Below are positions 62,975 to 64,000 of a DNA stretch of 64,000 nucleotides, one piece after another. Position numbers and translations under genes: made by a program. This DNA comes from a virus. Position 1 is the first letter of the stretch; each line of letters opens with the position of its first letter. The stretch lies in IMG/VR virus record IMGVR_UViG_3300044492_000179; one strand, written 5' to 3'. Under the pieces are notes generated by a model. That model saw only the letters and a list, made by a program, of their open reading frames with translations. It ran no database searches and was not told the origin of the DNA.

Positions 62975-63694
62975 CCGCAACCGATCAGCTCAGGCCTGAC
63001 GGGCCCTCTGCCCACTGCCCTCCCGTCAGCATGAGGGCGCGTGCGGGTCTATGCGCCGCGTCCCGCACGCGCATCATGCTCTGCTGGAGCTGCCCGCATG
63101 ATCGAATATGAGTTCATGACGATGGGGCAAATCCCGTTTGGCTATATCGCCGGCTTTGGGATCGTCGTGTTGGCGCTAGTGGTACTGGCCGCCTACGGGT
63201 GGCTCGTCGCGGTAGCGCGGATAATGGGATCGTGACCACCCGTCCCGAGATCCGCGAAAAATCACCGCGCTACTGGAAGACCGGCCGCAAGCTCAGCGCC
63301 AAGCGGATCGCCGAGAACGAGCGCGCCGCAGAACTCAGCCGGTGGATCAAGGAAGAACTCGCCAGGGCCAAAACCGAGATCTAAGCCGAGGAGAAAAAAT
63401 GACCGTCACTTATGAAACGCGGTGCGACAAAGTCGATTGGGACAATCTCAAAACGGAAGTTATCACAAAGCTCGAATACCTTCGCATGGCCTGGGCGGCT
63501 TCGGAGCAGGGCGCGCCGACTGAATTGCATAGGAAAATTGTTAACGATCTTTATGTCCCGGCTATTCGCCTGTTAGCGGAGTTTTGCGCGTGTCTCGAAG
63601 TGGATGAAGCACCGGACGACCAATGAGCCAATCCAAATGAACATCAAGATCGCGCTGCCCCGCATGCCGGCAAGCTTGGCCAAGGCGCTCGATC
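62975..63694. repeat. 720-bp direct repeat, copy 2
   Basis: Matches 7438-8157 with one difference; begins with the last codons of the VPGP gene that is complete only at copy 1. Confidence 0.95.
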
Positions 63695-63870
63695 GCTACA
63701 GCGACTGGGCCGAGCAGCCGGTCCTGCGCCGGGACCTGGTGTCGATCGGCATCATCGCCAGCGTCTGCTTTGTCTATTCGTTCTGGGTCGGCGCTGAAGC
63801 CGCCATGGTCCTCGGCATACCGAGCGGCGTGTTGGCCTGGATCGCCATCGAAAATTGGTACGCAGCATGA
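63637..63870 (+). CDS. Small two-TM membrane protein (intact version of the ORF truncated at 8100-8157)
   Basis: MNIKIALPRMPASLAKALDRYSDW... continues here; in copy 1 it stops shortly after ALD. Confidence 0.65.
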   Translation: MNIKIALPRMPASLAKALDRYSDWAEQPVLRRDLVSIGIIASVCFVYSFWVGAEAAMVLGIPSGVLAWIAIENWYAA

Positions 63871-64000
63871 CCGGAGGCGAGCGATATATCTGCCGCGGCA
63901 AGGGGCGAGCCTATTACAACAACGGCCGCTCATGGCGGTGCAACCGAACTCGGCAGTAACGTTTGAGGTTGCTTGAACTCGCGAACTCCGAGCCCGTCAG

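Noticed and set aside
7438-63694. Diversity-generating retroelement (template/variable repeat pair)
   Set aside because: Only one mismatch in 720 bp, no reverse transcriptase in the window, and the repeat is not at a fibre C-terminus.
7438-63694. Simple terminal redundancy or circular overlap
   Set aside because: Sequence outside the 720 bp does not match (1-7437 differs from 55538-62974), so the contig does not simply wrap around.
1-64000. CRISPR array
   Set aside because: No run of equal-length repeats with unique spacers seen; repeats found are coding or single pairs.
1-64000. tRNA, rRNA or tmRNA genes
   Set aside because: No cloverleaf with T-loop GTTC and acceptor stem or rRNA-like tract recognised by eye; a tRNAscan-SE/Infernal run would be needed to exclude them fully.
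1-64000. Phage-encoded exosortase for the VPGP-tail proteins
   Set aside because: No multi-pass membrane protein of suitable size is present in the window.

Overview
This high-GC window is entirely phage-like and reads as a temperate, contractile-tailed phage of an alphaproteobacterium. The host call is inferred from a GcrA-like regulator and the repressor type. The minus strand (about 10.7-51.1 kb) carries a near-complete late and replication gene set: tail fibres, Mu-type baseplate/tube/sheath, lambda-type capsid/decoration/ClpP-type protease/portal/terminase, a ParB module plus two DNA methyltransferases, an AAA replication ATPase, GcrA, a RuvC-like resolvase and a Cro-like gene. The plus strand carries a repressor, an early/recombination region and a large serine recombinase (51.2-60.5 kb). 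It also carries a second, different early region (1-7.5 kb: TnpB, YqaJ exonuclease, RecT-like protein, two sorting-signal proteins) and a GH25 endolysin. A 720-bp direct repeat (7438-8157 and 62975-63694, one mismatch seen by eye) brackets a 55,537-bp unit containing a whole phage gene set, so the window is either a phage nested in another phage's early region or an assembly join. Several abrupt junctions and gene fragments (8.1-10.7 kb, 38.3-38.7 kb, 44.8 kb, 61-63 kb) argue for caution about assembly. The most unusual biology is: (i) three secreted proteins with a PEP-CTERM-like VPGP..GAGLPGL-TM-RRR tail, one sitting with a Pro/Gly repeat protein and two glycosyltransferase-like genes between tail sheath and tail tube; (ii) a ParB-methyltransferase split at Cys-motif ends with two alternative MTase modules; (iii) an AATAG-N8-CTAT operator-like palindrome at three control points; (iv) a TnpB with a rearranged RuvC-II site. 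All calls are from motif recognition by eye; no database searches were run.
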